A DNA stretch of 33,226 nucleotides. Origin: a virus. Lineage: Duplodnaviria; Caudoviricetes. The translations under genes were made by a program, and so were the position numbers. This document shows positions 26,029 through 33,226 of this stretch, piece by piece; positions within the stretch are counted from its first letter, which is position 1, and each line of letters opens with the position of its first letter. The notes beneath the pieces are model-generated. The model was not told where the DNA came from and ran no database searches. It saw nothing but the letters and a program-made list of their open reading frames with translations. The stretch is from the IMG/VR virus record IMGVR_UViG_3300048599_000182, positions 1-33,226 of that record; one strand, written 5' to 3'.

Positions 26029-27066
26029 TCACCCCACCTTTCTGATTTTGTGCCCGGTCGCCGCGTCGATACCGTGCTTTGCGAGAAGATCGAGCGGCGC
26101 GCGACAACCGCCCATGCCAGGTTCAGGCCCGGCGTAGCGGGACCAATGCCCGCCGCGGGCAAACATCGAGATAACCCCGTCCCAATCGATCGGCGCCGTA
26201 GCGCGCTCCGTAGGCGTCAACGCGCGCTTCGCGTGGCGCTCGGCTAACGCCGAGTCGAAATAGGCCAGCGAGGCGATATCCGGCTTGCGGCGGCGCAGAT
26301 CGCGCACCACTTCGCCCACCATGGCCGGGGCGTAGCCCTTCGCGATCCAGTCGGCGCAGCGGGAAAGGTCGATGTCGGGGCCGAGGGCTTCCAGCAGATC
26401 AGCGCGAAGCGCCTCTTCGACCAAATCAACCTGATCGGCGCGCGGCGCGTCTGCTGTGTTCTGTTCTGTTTTGCTCTGTTCTGCTCTATAACGTTGCCGA
26501 AACGTTTCATTGGCGTTTCTTGAAACGAATTCGTTGTGTGTCATGTCGCGCTTTGAGGCATTGCACGGACGGCAAAGCGTTTGCAGATTGTCGATGTCGT
26601 CAGTGCCGCCCCGGCTTTGCGGAACCTTATGGTCAACGCTGAGATCGCTTTCGGTGCCACAGTACACGCACCTATGGCCGTCCCGGTCATGAACCGCGGC
26701 CTTCAACTTCTTGGGCGCCGTCCAGGTTATGGGAAGCCCGGCTGCGGCCCGCTTCTCTCGGTATCGCTGGACCCGAGCCGTGCTGTTGTCGCTGATGTAC
26801 TGCCGGCGCTTCCAATTATGGGTCTCAAAGCCGCCGTCGATCTTATCGAGAAGGCCGGCGCGGTGGAGCTCCGCGACCAGCGAGGCCGCGCGCTGTTCTG
26901 TCATCCGCAGCGAAAACGCCAGATCCGAGGCCGGCGGGATCTTCCCGCCGTTCTGCGAAGCGACACAGAGGAACGCCACCCACTGCCAGCGCGTAGCCTC
27001 CGGCAGCTTCATCACCTTGGGATCGTTGATAACGTCCCCATACATTCGGAACCACGGATTGTTCAT
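26029..27066 (-). CDS. Replication initiator with an internal HNH domain
   Basis: PWFRMY..VINDPKV N-terminus and STARVQRYREK; RDGHRCVYCG...VDHKVPQSRGG..DIDNLQTLCRPCN..K; internal repeats. Confidence 0.75.
   Translation of the reverse strand: MNNPWFRMYGDVINDPKVMKLPEATRWQWVAFLCVASQNGGKIPPASDLAFSLRMTEQRAASLVAELHRAGLLDKIDGGFETHNWKRRQYISDNSTARVQRYREKRAAAGLPITWTAPKKLKAAVHDRDGHRCVYCGTESDLSVDHKVPQSRGGTDDIDNLQTLCRPCNASKRDMTHNEFVSRNANETFRQRYRAEQSKTEQNTADAPRADQVDLVEEALRADLLEALGPDIDLSRCADWIAKGYAPAMVGEVVRDLRRRKPDIASLAYFDSALAERHAKRALTPTERATAPIDWDGVISMFARGGHWSRYAGPEPGMGGCRAPLDLLAKHGIDAATGHKIRKVG
26450..26527. repeat. Putative replication origin inside the initiator gene
   Basis: About eight TCTGY-like pentamers at 26450-26488, plus the palindromes GAAACGTTTC and CGTTTC-TT-GAAACG. 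Lambdoid origins lie within the initiator gene. Confidence 0.55.
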
Positions 27067-27320
27067 CAGAGCATCCCGAGCGCTTGCATGTAGGTTTCCA
27101 GAATGGTTTCCTGTTCGGCGCGCTCGTTGGCGTCTTGCTTTCGAAGCCGGACGATCGTTCGCAGCGCCTTGACGTCGTAACCGTTGCCCTTGGCTTCCGC
27201 GTAAATGTCGCGGATATCGGCGCCGATCCCCGCCTTTTCCTCTTCCAAGCGCTCGACGCGCTCAACGATCGCCCGCAGTTGCGCCCTTGCGTTCCCGCCG
27301 ATAGCGATTTCATCAGTCAT
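27066..27320 (-). CDS. gapR: GapR-like (DUF2312) nucleoid-associated protein
   Basis: [16 protein letters not shown]...[27 protein letters not shown]...YMQALGM. Confidence 0.92.
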   Translation of the reverse strand: MTDEIAIGGNARAQLRAIVERVERLEEEKAGIGADIRDIYAEAKGNGYDVKALRTIVRLRKQDANERAEQETILETYMQALGML

Positions 27321-27514
27321 TGCTCGTTCCACTGCCTTGTTGAATTGAACAGCGTCGCACCCAGGCCGACGCCGATTTTAACCTCTACGCACGCAACACG
27401 ATTTTCCGCGGCCGCCTCATCTGCCAATTCCCGCGACGGATGGACCGACCCACAACAGCCCATCAGCGGCCGATAAACGTTCACCCAATAGGATGCCGGC
27501 TCACCCTCACCCAT
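27317..27514 (-). CDS. Hypothetical protein
   Basis: YWVNVY...RVACVEV; coupled to its neighbours. Confidence 0.6.
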   Translation of the reverse strand: MGEGEPASYWVNVYRPLMGCCGSVHPSRELADEAAAENRVACVEVKIGVGLGATLFNSTRQWNEQ

Positions 27515-27707
27515 TGCGCGCCCGATCCCGCAGCCACGCCAGGCGGTTCGCTACGTCAGCCGGGCGCATGTTCAGTTCCTTCGCGATGTCGCTTGTGTCT
27601 TTCTTCTCGACCCACAGCGCCAAAATCATCCCGTCCCGGGCAATGTCGGTGTGGTCCTGTTTCATTTCGCCGGGCGCGTAGGTTCCGGGAAGGTGCAGCG
27701 TATTCAT
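27507..27707 (-). CDS. Small HTH-like protein
   Basis: DTSDIAKELNMRPADVANRL. Confidence 0.6.
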   Translation of the reverse strand: MNTLHLPGTYAPGEMKQDHTDIARDGMILALWVEKKDTSDIAKELNMRPADVANRLAWLRDRARNG

Positions 27708-28897
27708 TCGGCGGCCTCCATTCGTAGGTTTGAGATTTCGGAAACAAACTCGATCCGCCGACCAAGCCAGCGCATCACGTTGACCGCCATCGAGTTGCCG
27801 AGCGCCTTGTATCGAGGACCGTCAGCCGCAGGCTTGCCGCGATAGGGAATGGCCGTGTAATCGTCAGGGAAGCCTTGCAGCCGTTCGCACTCGACCGGCA
27901 TCAGGCGGCGCACGCCGACCGAAGTTAGCGCAGCCATAGTCGTTCCGTCCGTTTCGATCGGCCCGGTTATGTTGCCGTACTGGACGACATCGCTTTGCCG
28001 CGCGTCGAAGGCGTTGGGAACGATAGGCGTTCCGCGCCCTGTGCCGTCCTCGCTGGCGTCGAAACCTTCGCCGCGCAGTGCATGTGCAACGATGTTGTCG
28101 CAGTCCGCCAGGTGCGAAAGCTGCGGCTGCGCGCGCAGCGCGTGCGCGATCACGGTCTCGGTCTCGTAATCCTGCCTACCCATGCCGCCCGCATTGAGGC
28201 AGTGCGAGATCGCCTGGACGGCTATCAACTGGTTTCCGGCGGCCTCTCGCCTTCTAACGCGCTGGCCACTACGTTTAGAGCCCGCTCCAAGACCGGAGGC
28301 AATTGCTTGTCCCTCTTCTCGGCGCGGCGCAGAATTCCAGCACAGGCTTTCGGGCTCAAAAAGTACCGCTGCGGCACGGCGCCAGTCTCTAAGATTTGCG
28401 ACAACGAACACACGCCGCCGTCGCTGAGGGACAGCCCGTCCAAACCCGTCCACTCGCACGTACTGAGCGTCAAGCACCCGGTAGGAGCCATGATACCCGA
28501 GTTCTGCCATCCCCCCGAGGATGGAGCCAAACGCCCGCCCTCCGTCTTGTGACAGGACACCGGGGACGTTTTCCCAAACGAGCCATTCGGGACGGTATCG
28601 ATCAGCGATCCCAAGAAATGTAAGAGAGAGGTTCCCGCGTGCGTCAGCCAGGCCATTGCGCAATCCTGCGACTGAAAAGCTTTGGCAGGGTGTGCCGCCA
28701 ACGAGAACATCGAGAATTGCATCAGGCCATTCCTCAAATTTCGACATATCGCCCAGGTTGGGCACGGTCGGGTAATGATGCGCGAGGACCGCGCTTGGAA
28801 ACTTGTCGATTTCGGCGAAGAAGGCAGGTTTCCAGCCGAGCGGATGCCACGCCACCGTCGCCGCCTCGATGCCGGAGCACACGGAGCCGTAGATCAT
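27704..28897 (-). CDS. C5 cytosine DNA methyltransferase
   Basis: Motif I SVCSGIEA, IV GGTPCQSFS, VI WENVPG, VIII QRRRRVF, IX RRLMPVECERLQGFPD and X ALGNSM. Confidence 0.95.
   Translation of the reverse strand: MIYGSVCSGIEAATVAWHPLGWKPAFFAEIDKFPSAVLAHHYPTVPNLGDMSKFEEWPDAILDVLVGGTPCQSFSVAGLRNGLADARGNLSLTFLGIADRYRPEWLVWENVPGVLSQDGGRAFGSILGGMAELGYHGSYRVLDAQYVRVDGFGRAVPQRRRRVFVVANLRDWRRAAAVLFEPESLCWNSAPRREEGQAIASGLGAGSKRSGQRVRRREAAGNQLIAVQAISHCLNAGGMGRQDYETETVIAHALRAQPQLSHLADCDNIVAHALRGEGFDASEDGTGRGTPIVPNAFDARQSDVVQYGNITGPIETDGTTMAALTSVGVRRLMPVECERLQGFPDDYTAIPYRGKPAADGPRYKALGNSMAVNVMRWLGRRIEFVSEISNLRMEAAE
28225..28722 (-). CDS. Overprinted ORF resembling the M.EcoHK31I beta polypeptide
   Basis: Same strand, alternative frame, GAGGA RBS; SS..WQNSG...CSLSQILET...FLSP....ILRRA..R...LP..L..A. 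Confidence 0.65.
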   Translation of the reverse strand: MQFSMFSLAAHPAKAFQSQDCAMAWLTHAGTSLLHFLGSLIDTVPNGSFGKTSPVSCHKTEGGRLAPSSGGWQNSGIMAPTGCLTLSTCEWTGLDGLSLSDGGVCSLSQILETGAVPQRYFLSPKACAGILRRAEKRDKQLPPVLERALNVVASALEGERPPETS

Positions 28898-29157
28898 GCG
28901 TCCAGCCTTTCGCGCAGTTCGAAGAAGCCGGCGGCTTCCGGATGGTGCTGCAGGAACCAGCGCGCGAGCGGCGCCGTCCAATTGTTGTTCGCCTTGAAGC
29001 CGCGGTTGCCGCGCTCGACATGCATGTGCCAGCGCACGCGATGGAGGATCGCGTCAGCGGAATATCGCTTGAAGCCGAGCCCGCGCAGCTCGAGCGCCAG
29101 CTTTTCGAAGCTGCGGCAGACGTCCAGCGGAATGCCGTCTGGATAAGCCTCGCTCAT
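28894..29157 (-). CDS. Hypothetical phage protein
   Basis: RYSADAILHRVRWH...FKANNN...ARWF...FFELR; ATGA-coupled. Confidence 0.7.
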   Translation of the reverse strand: MSEAYPDGIPLDVCRSFEKLALELRGLGFKRYSADAILHRVRWHMHVERGNRGFKANNNWTAPLARWFLQHHPEAAGFFELRERLDA

Positions 29158-29381
29158 TGCCCCGGCCCCCGCTTGAGGCGCAGCCGGGCGCGTGGCTTGC
29201 CGGCCGGTCCGTGGAATTCGACCAGGCCGAGCCGTACAAGCGCATTCCATGTCGACCGCATGAACGGACCCTGCTCGCCTTCGGCCAGCAGCAGGCCGTA
29301 ATGATCGAACACGCCATCCCCGTTATGTTCGGCGAGCCATTTCAGCGCGTCCCGCTGTGATTGCGTGAGCTGCGGCCTCAT
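29154..29381 (-). CDS. Hypothetical protein
   Basis: ATGA-coupled on both sides. Confidence 0.65.
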   Translation of the reverse strand: MRPQLTQSQRDALKWLAEHNGDGVFDHYGLLLAEGEQGPFMRSTWNALVRLGLVEFHGPAGKPRARLRLKRGPGQ

Positions 29382-29815
29382 CGACGGCGATTCCTGCGGT
29401 TCATGGATTTGGTGGCCCATTCCAGATTGCCGCGCTGGCAATCGAGGCTTTCGCCGTTCCGATGGTCGCCGATGTGATGAAGTTCAGACGGCGGATCGCC
29501 GTTCGCCCGCTGGCAGACCTCTTTGTGAAGCCAGACCGTTCGGGGCTTGCCGCCGGCACCGCGCGGCGTGCGCCGGGCATAGCGTTTCGTCTTGGTGCGA
29601 TCCCAGACCCAGCCCCAACGCCATTGTGTCGCCCAGGCGTAATCCTCTGGCGACACCAGCGCGAAGATTTCACAGGCCGCATCAAGATAAACGCGGCGCG
29701 GCGCGAGCGGGTCGATTGCCGCTAGATCCTCCGGCACGGCCTCCGCGGTCGCGCGCAACCAGGCGTCAGACAGATTGAGCCGTTCACCTTCCGGGATTGC
29801 GAGACGATCACTCAC
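29378..29815 (-). CDS. HNH-family endonuclease-like protein
   Basis: ALVSPEDY...W...YARR...LHKEV...[19 protein letters not shown]. Confidence 0.75.
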   Translation of the reverse strand: MSDRLAIPEGERLNLSDAWLRATAEAVPEDLAAIDPLAPRRVYLDAACEIFALVSPEDYAWATQWRWGWVWDRTKTKRYARRTPRGAGGKPRTVWLHKEVCQRANGDPPSELHHIGDHRNGESLDCQRGNLEWATKSMNRRNRRR

Positions 29816-30353
29816 CGTGCCGCGCCTCGATATCTGCCCGCAAAGCCTTGATCATGTCCGACAGTTCATGGTCGAACAGTTCGGGAGCTTCGTCGTTTGG
29901 CTCTACCTTCGCCGCGATCTTGCGGATCGCATGCAGCACGGTCGTATGATCGCGACCGCCGAAGCGCCGACCGATCTCCGGCAAGCTGCGGCCGGTCATG
30001 ACCTTGGCGAGATACATCGCCACCTGACGCGGCAGCACAAGCTTTGCGGTGCGACGCGCGGACGTAAGGTCAACCAGGCTGATGCCGTAGGCTTCGCAGA
30101 CCGCCACCTGAATTTCGCCCACACGGATAGGTGGCGGCGCGGTCACGCCCTCGATCCAGAACCAATTTTTCTTGACGGGCGGCGGGACCGGCGCGTCCAG
30201 ATCGACCACCGTCGCCAGTGCGGCCTTCACCACTGGCGTGGCGGGCGCTTCGCATGACTGCTTGATCGCGGCAGCCTTCTCCGAGATCGATTGGTGGAAG
30301 GCCGCGCGGCGCTGATGCGCTTTCAATTGCGTCGGGGTCGGCGCGATGCTCAT
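29808..30353 (-). CDS. DnaA C-terminal (domain IV) HTH protein
   Basis: [36 protein letters not shown]. Confidence 0.9.
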   Translation of the reverse strand: MSIAPTPTQLKAHQRRAAFHQSISEKAAAIKQSCEAPATPVVKAALATVVDLDAPVPPPVKKNWFWIEGVTAPPPIRVGEIQVAVCEAYGISLVDLTSARRTAKLVLPRQVAMYLAKVMTGRSLPEIGRRFGGRDHTTVLHAIRKIAAKVEPNDEAPELFDHELSDMIKALRADIEARHGE

Positions 30354-30703
30354 TGTTCCGCCTCCGCAAGAGCAAGAGACAGGCCGGCGCGCGCCAGCAT
30401 GGCCTTGAACGTATCAATGGTGGCGGGCATGCCGAGCGCAGAGCGTCCGGCGGAATGAAGGGCTTCGGCCAAGCGCCGCTCTACCTCGGAACCGGCGTCC
30501 GTTTTCCTGAGCGTCAGCTCGTAGCCGAGCGCACCGGCCCAATCGCTGACCGTGGCAAGAAGCGGATCATGGTCCCCGACCTCGAGCCGGCTGATCCAGT
30601 TTTGCCCGCTCGGCCTCCGGAGCGACGTGGCCACCGCCTCTTGCGAAAGACCTTTGTCTTTCCGGATTTTCCGTAGATCGGCCAGGATGGGATGAGCGCT
30701 CAT
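30350..30703 (-). CDS. XRE-family HTH protein
   Basis: [16 protein letters not shown]...ISRLEVG...P. Confidence 0.8.
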   Translation of the reverse strand: MSAHPILADLRKIRKDKGLSQEAVATSLRRPSGQNWISRLEVGDHDPLLATVSDWAGALGYELTLRKTDAGSEVERRLAEALHSAGRSALGMPATIDTFKAMLARAGLSLALAEAEQ

Positions 30704-30721
30704 TGCACGCCACCCGCGATT

Positions 30722-31081
30722 TCAGGAGCGATCCCCGCCGCACAGCATGCGAGCCACGCGCTCAAGGCGATCAATTTCCTCGCGATAAAAATTCTCATCC
30801 GCACTGCGAAGACCCCCGATTAGAGTTTGGTACCGCCGCGCCAGGTCAGTCGCCTCCTTGCGCGCTTCGATCAGTTCGGCGGCACGCTTGATGTCGCGCG
30901 CCGCGTGGTGCTCGGGGCTCCTGATTTCCCCGTACCAGATCGCCTTGACCGCGCGAAAACTGACCGTTTCGGTTTCAGTCTTGAGCAATCGCTTGACCGC
31001 TCTCGGCACCCGAGACAGCCAGCTTTCGCGCGTGTCGCCCCATTGCCGAGGCCCGGCTACACACTCGATTTCCCTACGCAT
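30722..31081 (-). CDS. Hypothetical DNA-binding protein at the CII-like position
   Basis: GGGAG RBS before MRREI; start is uncertain. Confidence 0.6.
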   Translation of the reverse strand: MRREIECVAGPRQWGDTRESWLSRVPRAVKRLLKTETETVSFRAVKAIWYGEIRSPEHHAARDIKRAAELIEARKEATDLARRYQTLIGGLRSADENFYREEIDRLERVARMLCGGDRS

Positions 31082-31141
31082 ACGCACACTCCCCGGAAGG
31101 AATTTCCGGAACTCGGAAACTTCATCGCCTTGACTGAGGCC

Positions 31142-31360
31142 ATGAAGAACGCACCGACACACAACACCTGGCAGACGCTCGCGGCCGTGACCGCGCGCGC
31201 CCTAAACGAAGAACAGCAGAGCGATGGGCGCCGCGATGATCGCGAGCCCGAGCAGAGAAGCGAACGCGGCGAGGAAGCCCACCGCGAATATGTCGAGAAG
31301 CGATTGCGTGAACTTTCCGCGTTCGAAGCGCGGGTTAACGGCGGCCGGAAACGGCGATGA
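31142..31360 (+). CDS. Possible antisense small protein MKNAPTHNTWQTLAA...
   Basis: GAGG RBS and a charged helical product, but it conflicts with a - strand ORF. Confidence 0.4.
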   Translation: MKNAPTHNTWQTLAAVTARALNEEQQSDGRRDDREPEQRSERGEEAHREYVEKRLRELSAFEARVNGGRKRR

Positions 31361-31372
31361 AACGTTTCGCAT
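31202..31372 (-). CDS. 56-aa membrane protein
   Basis: TGATG-coupled; C-terminal hydrophobic segment. Confidence 0.4.
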   Translation of the reverse strand: MRNVSSPFPAAVNPRFERGKFTQSLLDIFAVGFLAAFASLLGLAIIAAPIALLFFV

Positions 31373-31452
31373 CACCGGCGCCTCCCGATCATCAGAAGAA
31401 CGAAAAGCTCGTTGGCGATCAGCCAGCAGAGAATGATTTGCGCGAAGGTCAT
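31372..31452 (-). CDS. 26-aa hydrophobic peptide MTFAQIILCWLIANELFVLLMIGRRR
   Basis: ATGA overlap with the Cro stop. Confidence 0.5.
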   Translation of the reverse strand: MTFAQIILCWLIANELFVLLMIGRRR

Positions 31453-31655
31453 GCCGCCGCCCCCTCACGCGCAGCCATGAAGGCCCGCACACGATCAATC
31501 GTCGGAAGCCGCGGAATGCGGCCGGCCTTGAGGTGTCGGTACAAGTTCGGGTCTTTGATCGACCTCACCCCGAATTCCGTTGGGGTTATGCCGGTTTGGG
31601 CAATGTGAGTGTCGATCTCACCCAAGAGGTCCGCAATCGTAGGATGGAGCTTCAT
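31449..31655 (-). CDS. Cro-like repressor
   Basis: 68 aa with TPTEFG..SIKDPNL...LKAGR.P; divergent from CI. Confidence 0.8.
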   Translation of the reverse strand: MKLHPTIADLLGEIDTHIAQTGITPTEFGVRSIKDPNLYRHLKAGRIPRLPTIDRVRAFMAAREGAAA

Positions 31656-31663
31656 AAGCTGAA

Positions 31664-31692
31664 GTCATAATAGTACGATTGCTATTCGTCAA
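31664..31692 (-). promoter_or_regulatory. PR-like promoter containing operator AATAG-N8-CTATT
   Basis: The - strand reads TTGACG-17 nt-TATGAC; the operator at 31669-31686 fills the spacer. Confidence 0.7.
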
Positions 31693-31736
31693 TAGGATAT
31701 TTCAGACGGGCGGAGCCAGAGGTATGATTTTATAAA

Positions 31737-32474
31737 TTGGGCATGGACATGGTTCGAAAACTGATTCTGGAAAAGCTGGCGGAGAAGCGGCTTTCGATGA
31801 AAGACGCCTCGATCTCGATGGGGCACGCCCACTCATACCTGTACCAGTTCCTCAAGCGCGGCATCCCGCTCGAGCTTCACGAGCGGGATCGGCTTTCGCT
31901 GGCTGCACTGCTGGAAGTTTCCGAAGATGAACTTCGCGGCTCATCAAAACCGTTGCCAAAACGCAGCTATTTGAAACAAGCTGGGCACTCGCCCAATAGT
32001 TTAGTTGACCACGCCACCCTTTCGCCCCAAATTCTTAATGAGGCGCAAAGAACAGCAACAATTCCAGGCGCCGAGCTTTTCGGAAATATGGATTTGCCGG
32101 TGTTTGGAACAGCTCAGGGCGGGGACGGCGCATTGATCGTGACGGATAGAGCTGTTGATTGGGTCGCACGCCCTTCCGTACTATTACGGGTTGTGGACGG
32201 CTACGGGATGATAATCACCGGGGACAGCATGGATCCGGTGATGAAGTCGGGCACCACCGCGCTAATCAACCCTCACCTTCCGCCGCGCGTTAGCGATCTC
32301 TGCTTGTTTCGATGCCATAAGGACGACGGAACAACGGTCGCAGCGGTGAAGGAGTTCCGCGGCGAAACGGAAACGCACTGGAAGGTGCGCCAGTTCAACC
32401 CGGCCCGCGACTTCACACTGAAAAAGACCGACTGGCAGATTTGCCACCGCGTCGTCGGCAGTTATTTCAGCTAG
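31737..32474 (+). CDS. CI-like repressor, HTH plus S24 autopeptidase (start may be ATG 31744 or 31749 region)
   Basis: N-terminal HTH; LPVFGTAQGG cleavage region, catalytic GDSM serine and VK lysine. Confidence 0.9.
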   Translation: MGMDMVRKLILEKLAEKRLSMKDASISMGHAHSYLYQFLKRGIPLELHERDRLSLAALLEVSEDELRGSSKPLPKRSYLKQAGHSPNSLVDHATLSPQILNEAQRTATIPGAELFGNMDLPVFGTAQGGDGALIVTDRAVDWVARPSVLLRVVDGYGMIITGDSMDPVMKSGTTALINPHLPPRVSDLCLFRCHKDDGTTVAAVKEFRGETETHWKVRQFNPARDFTLKKTDWQICHRVVGSYFS

Positions 32475-32492
32475 CAGACTTCCTCTACCCGC

Positions 32493-32531
32493 TGCCCCGG
32501 CCGTAATCCTACGACCGGGGCAAACTTTTTT
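32493..32531 (+). terminator. Intrinsic terminator after cI
   Basis: TGCCCCGG...CCGGGGCA stem followed by AAC and a T-tract. Confidence 0.7.
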
Positions 32532-32537
32532 CGGTCT

Positions 32538-32583
32538 GATAGTAATTCTCCTATTGACCGCTGAATAGCAATCGTACTATTGT
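32538..32583 (+). promoter_or_regulatory. PL-like promoter with two operators
   Basis: GATAG-N8-CTATT at 32538-32555 and AATAG-N8-CTATT at 32564-32581; TTGACC-18 nt-TATTGT. Confidence 0.7.
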
Positions 32584-32617
32584 TCTCATCGTCAGATCGA
32601 CGAAGGGGAACACGGTC

Positions 32618-32974
32618 ATGGGCTACTACTCAGCAAACCCGCACTACGCCGCCGACGATTTCAGCGAACAGCGCGAGCGCCAGGCGGCGGCCGATGCCGT
32701 CGCCAGCGAGTGGTTCAACGACCTGACCAAGCCGCAGGCCGCCCGCTTCAACAACCGGATGGCCGTTGCTGCGGCCTACAGGGGCGCTCCGCGCTGGGAT
32801 CGCGAGCGGGCCGCAGCCATGCGGGAGTTCTCGGAAAGCACCGCAGACGCCGCCGCCATCGCTGAGATGGTCACCCGCGACATGCTCGCCACCGGCGAGG
32901 TCAGCGAAGCGACTTCCTACGCCTTCGATGAACTGATGACGCGCCAGACGATGGCGCTTGTGGCGGCGGAGTAG
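32618..32974 (+). CDS. Hypothetical early protein
   Basis: AAGGGGA RBS; first gene after the PL-like promoter. Confidence 0.7.
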   Translation: MGYYSANPHYAADDFSEQRERQAAADAVASEWFNDLTKPQAARFNNRMAVAAAYRGAPRWDRERAAAMREFSESTADAAAIAEMVTRDMLATGEVSEATSYAFDELMTRQTMALVAAE

Positions 32975-32980
32975 GCGGCC

Positions 32981-33226
32981 ATGAAGCATTTTCTCACCAA
33001 TCTACGCTGCGTCGACGGCCGCCTTTTCCGCCACGTCCCGCAACACGATGACCCGGAATTCGAGGTTGACGCCGGCCGCTGCGAAGAATGCGAGGGTGCC
33101 GGTTGCGATCGGCTGCACCGCCAGGAAGCCGAGGCGAAGGTTGGCGACCGTATCGTGGTGACGTGCGTCTATCCGCCGATCCCCGATCGCCGGTTCGATT
33201 TCTGCGCCACGCGGGAAAACGACGAG
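32981..33226 (+). CDS. Hypothetical protein, truncated by the window end
   Basis: GGAG RBS; MKHFLTNL...CEECEGAGC...YPPIPDRRFDFCA, open to the edge. Confidence 0.6.
   Translation, partial: MKHFLTNLRCVDGRLFRHVPQHDDPEFEVDAGRCEECEGAGCDRLHRQEAEAKVGDRIVVTCVYPPIPDRRFDFCATRENDE

Larger units (their letters stand above)
110..33226. mobile_element. Temperate P22-like (podovirus-type) prophage, right part outside the window
   Basis: Ordered lysis, tail, ejection, capsid, portal, terminase, replication and CI/Cro modules. No tape measure, tube or sheath genes. Confidence 0.95.

Overview
The window holds about 33 kb of a temperate, P22-like short-tailed prophage, probably in a Bradyrhizobium-like alphaproteobacterium (GC-rich, with a Bradyrhizobium-style repeat at the left edge). 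The left prophage boundary is probably at 110-124, a tRNA 3'-end remnant. Most genes are on the - strand. Reading right to left they are: the CI/Cro switch, then early and replication genes (XRE HTH, DnaA C-terminal domain protein, HNH, C5 DNA methyltransferase with a nested second ORF, GapR, initiator-HNH fusion). Next come TerS, accessory ORFs, HNH, TerL, portal, a three-gene repeat/fibre module, scaffold and an N4-gp56-type major capsid. These are followed by adaptor and nozzle proteins, three ejection proteins, an immI-like antirepressor island, a virion lysozyme, a tail fibre, the lysis cassette and a Tad2-like (DUF2829) anti-defence gene. The integrase and right att site are not in the window. 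The most notable unexplained elements are: (i) a ~200-nt multi-helix, pseudoknot-capable + strand RNA with two micro-ORFs between the tail fibre and holin; (ii) a portal-adjacent module whose third gene has seven exact 20-aa repeats; (iii) an overprinted M.EcoHK31I-beta-like ORF; (iv) a dispersed GAAACGTTTC palindrome shared between the putative origin and gene leaders; (v) an in-frame amber codon in a lysis-linked gene. All family calls come from motif recognition; no database searches were run.
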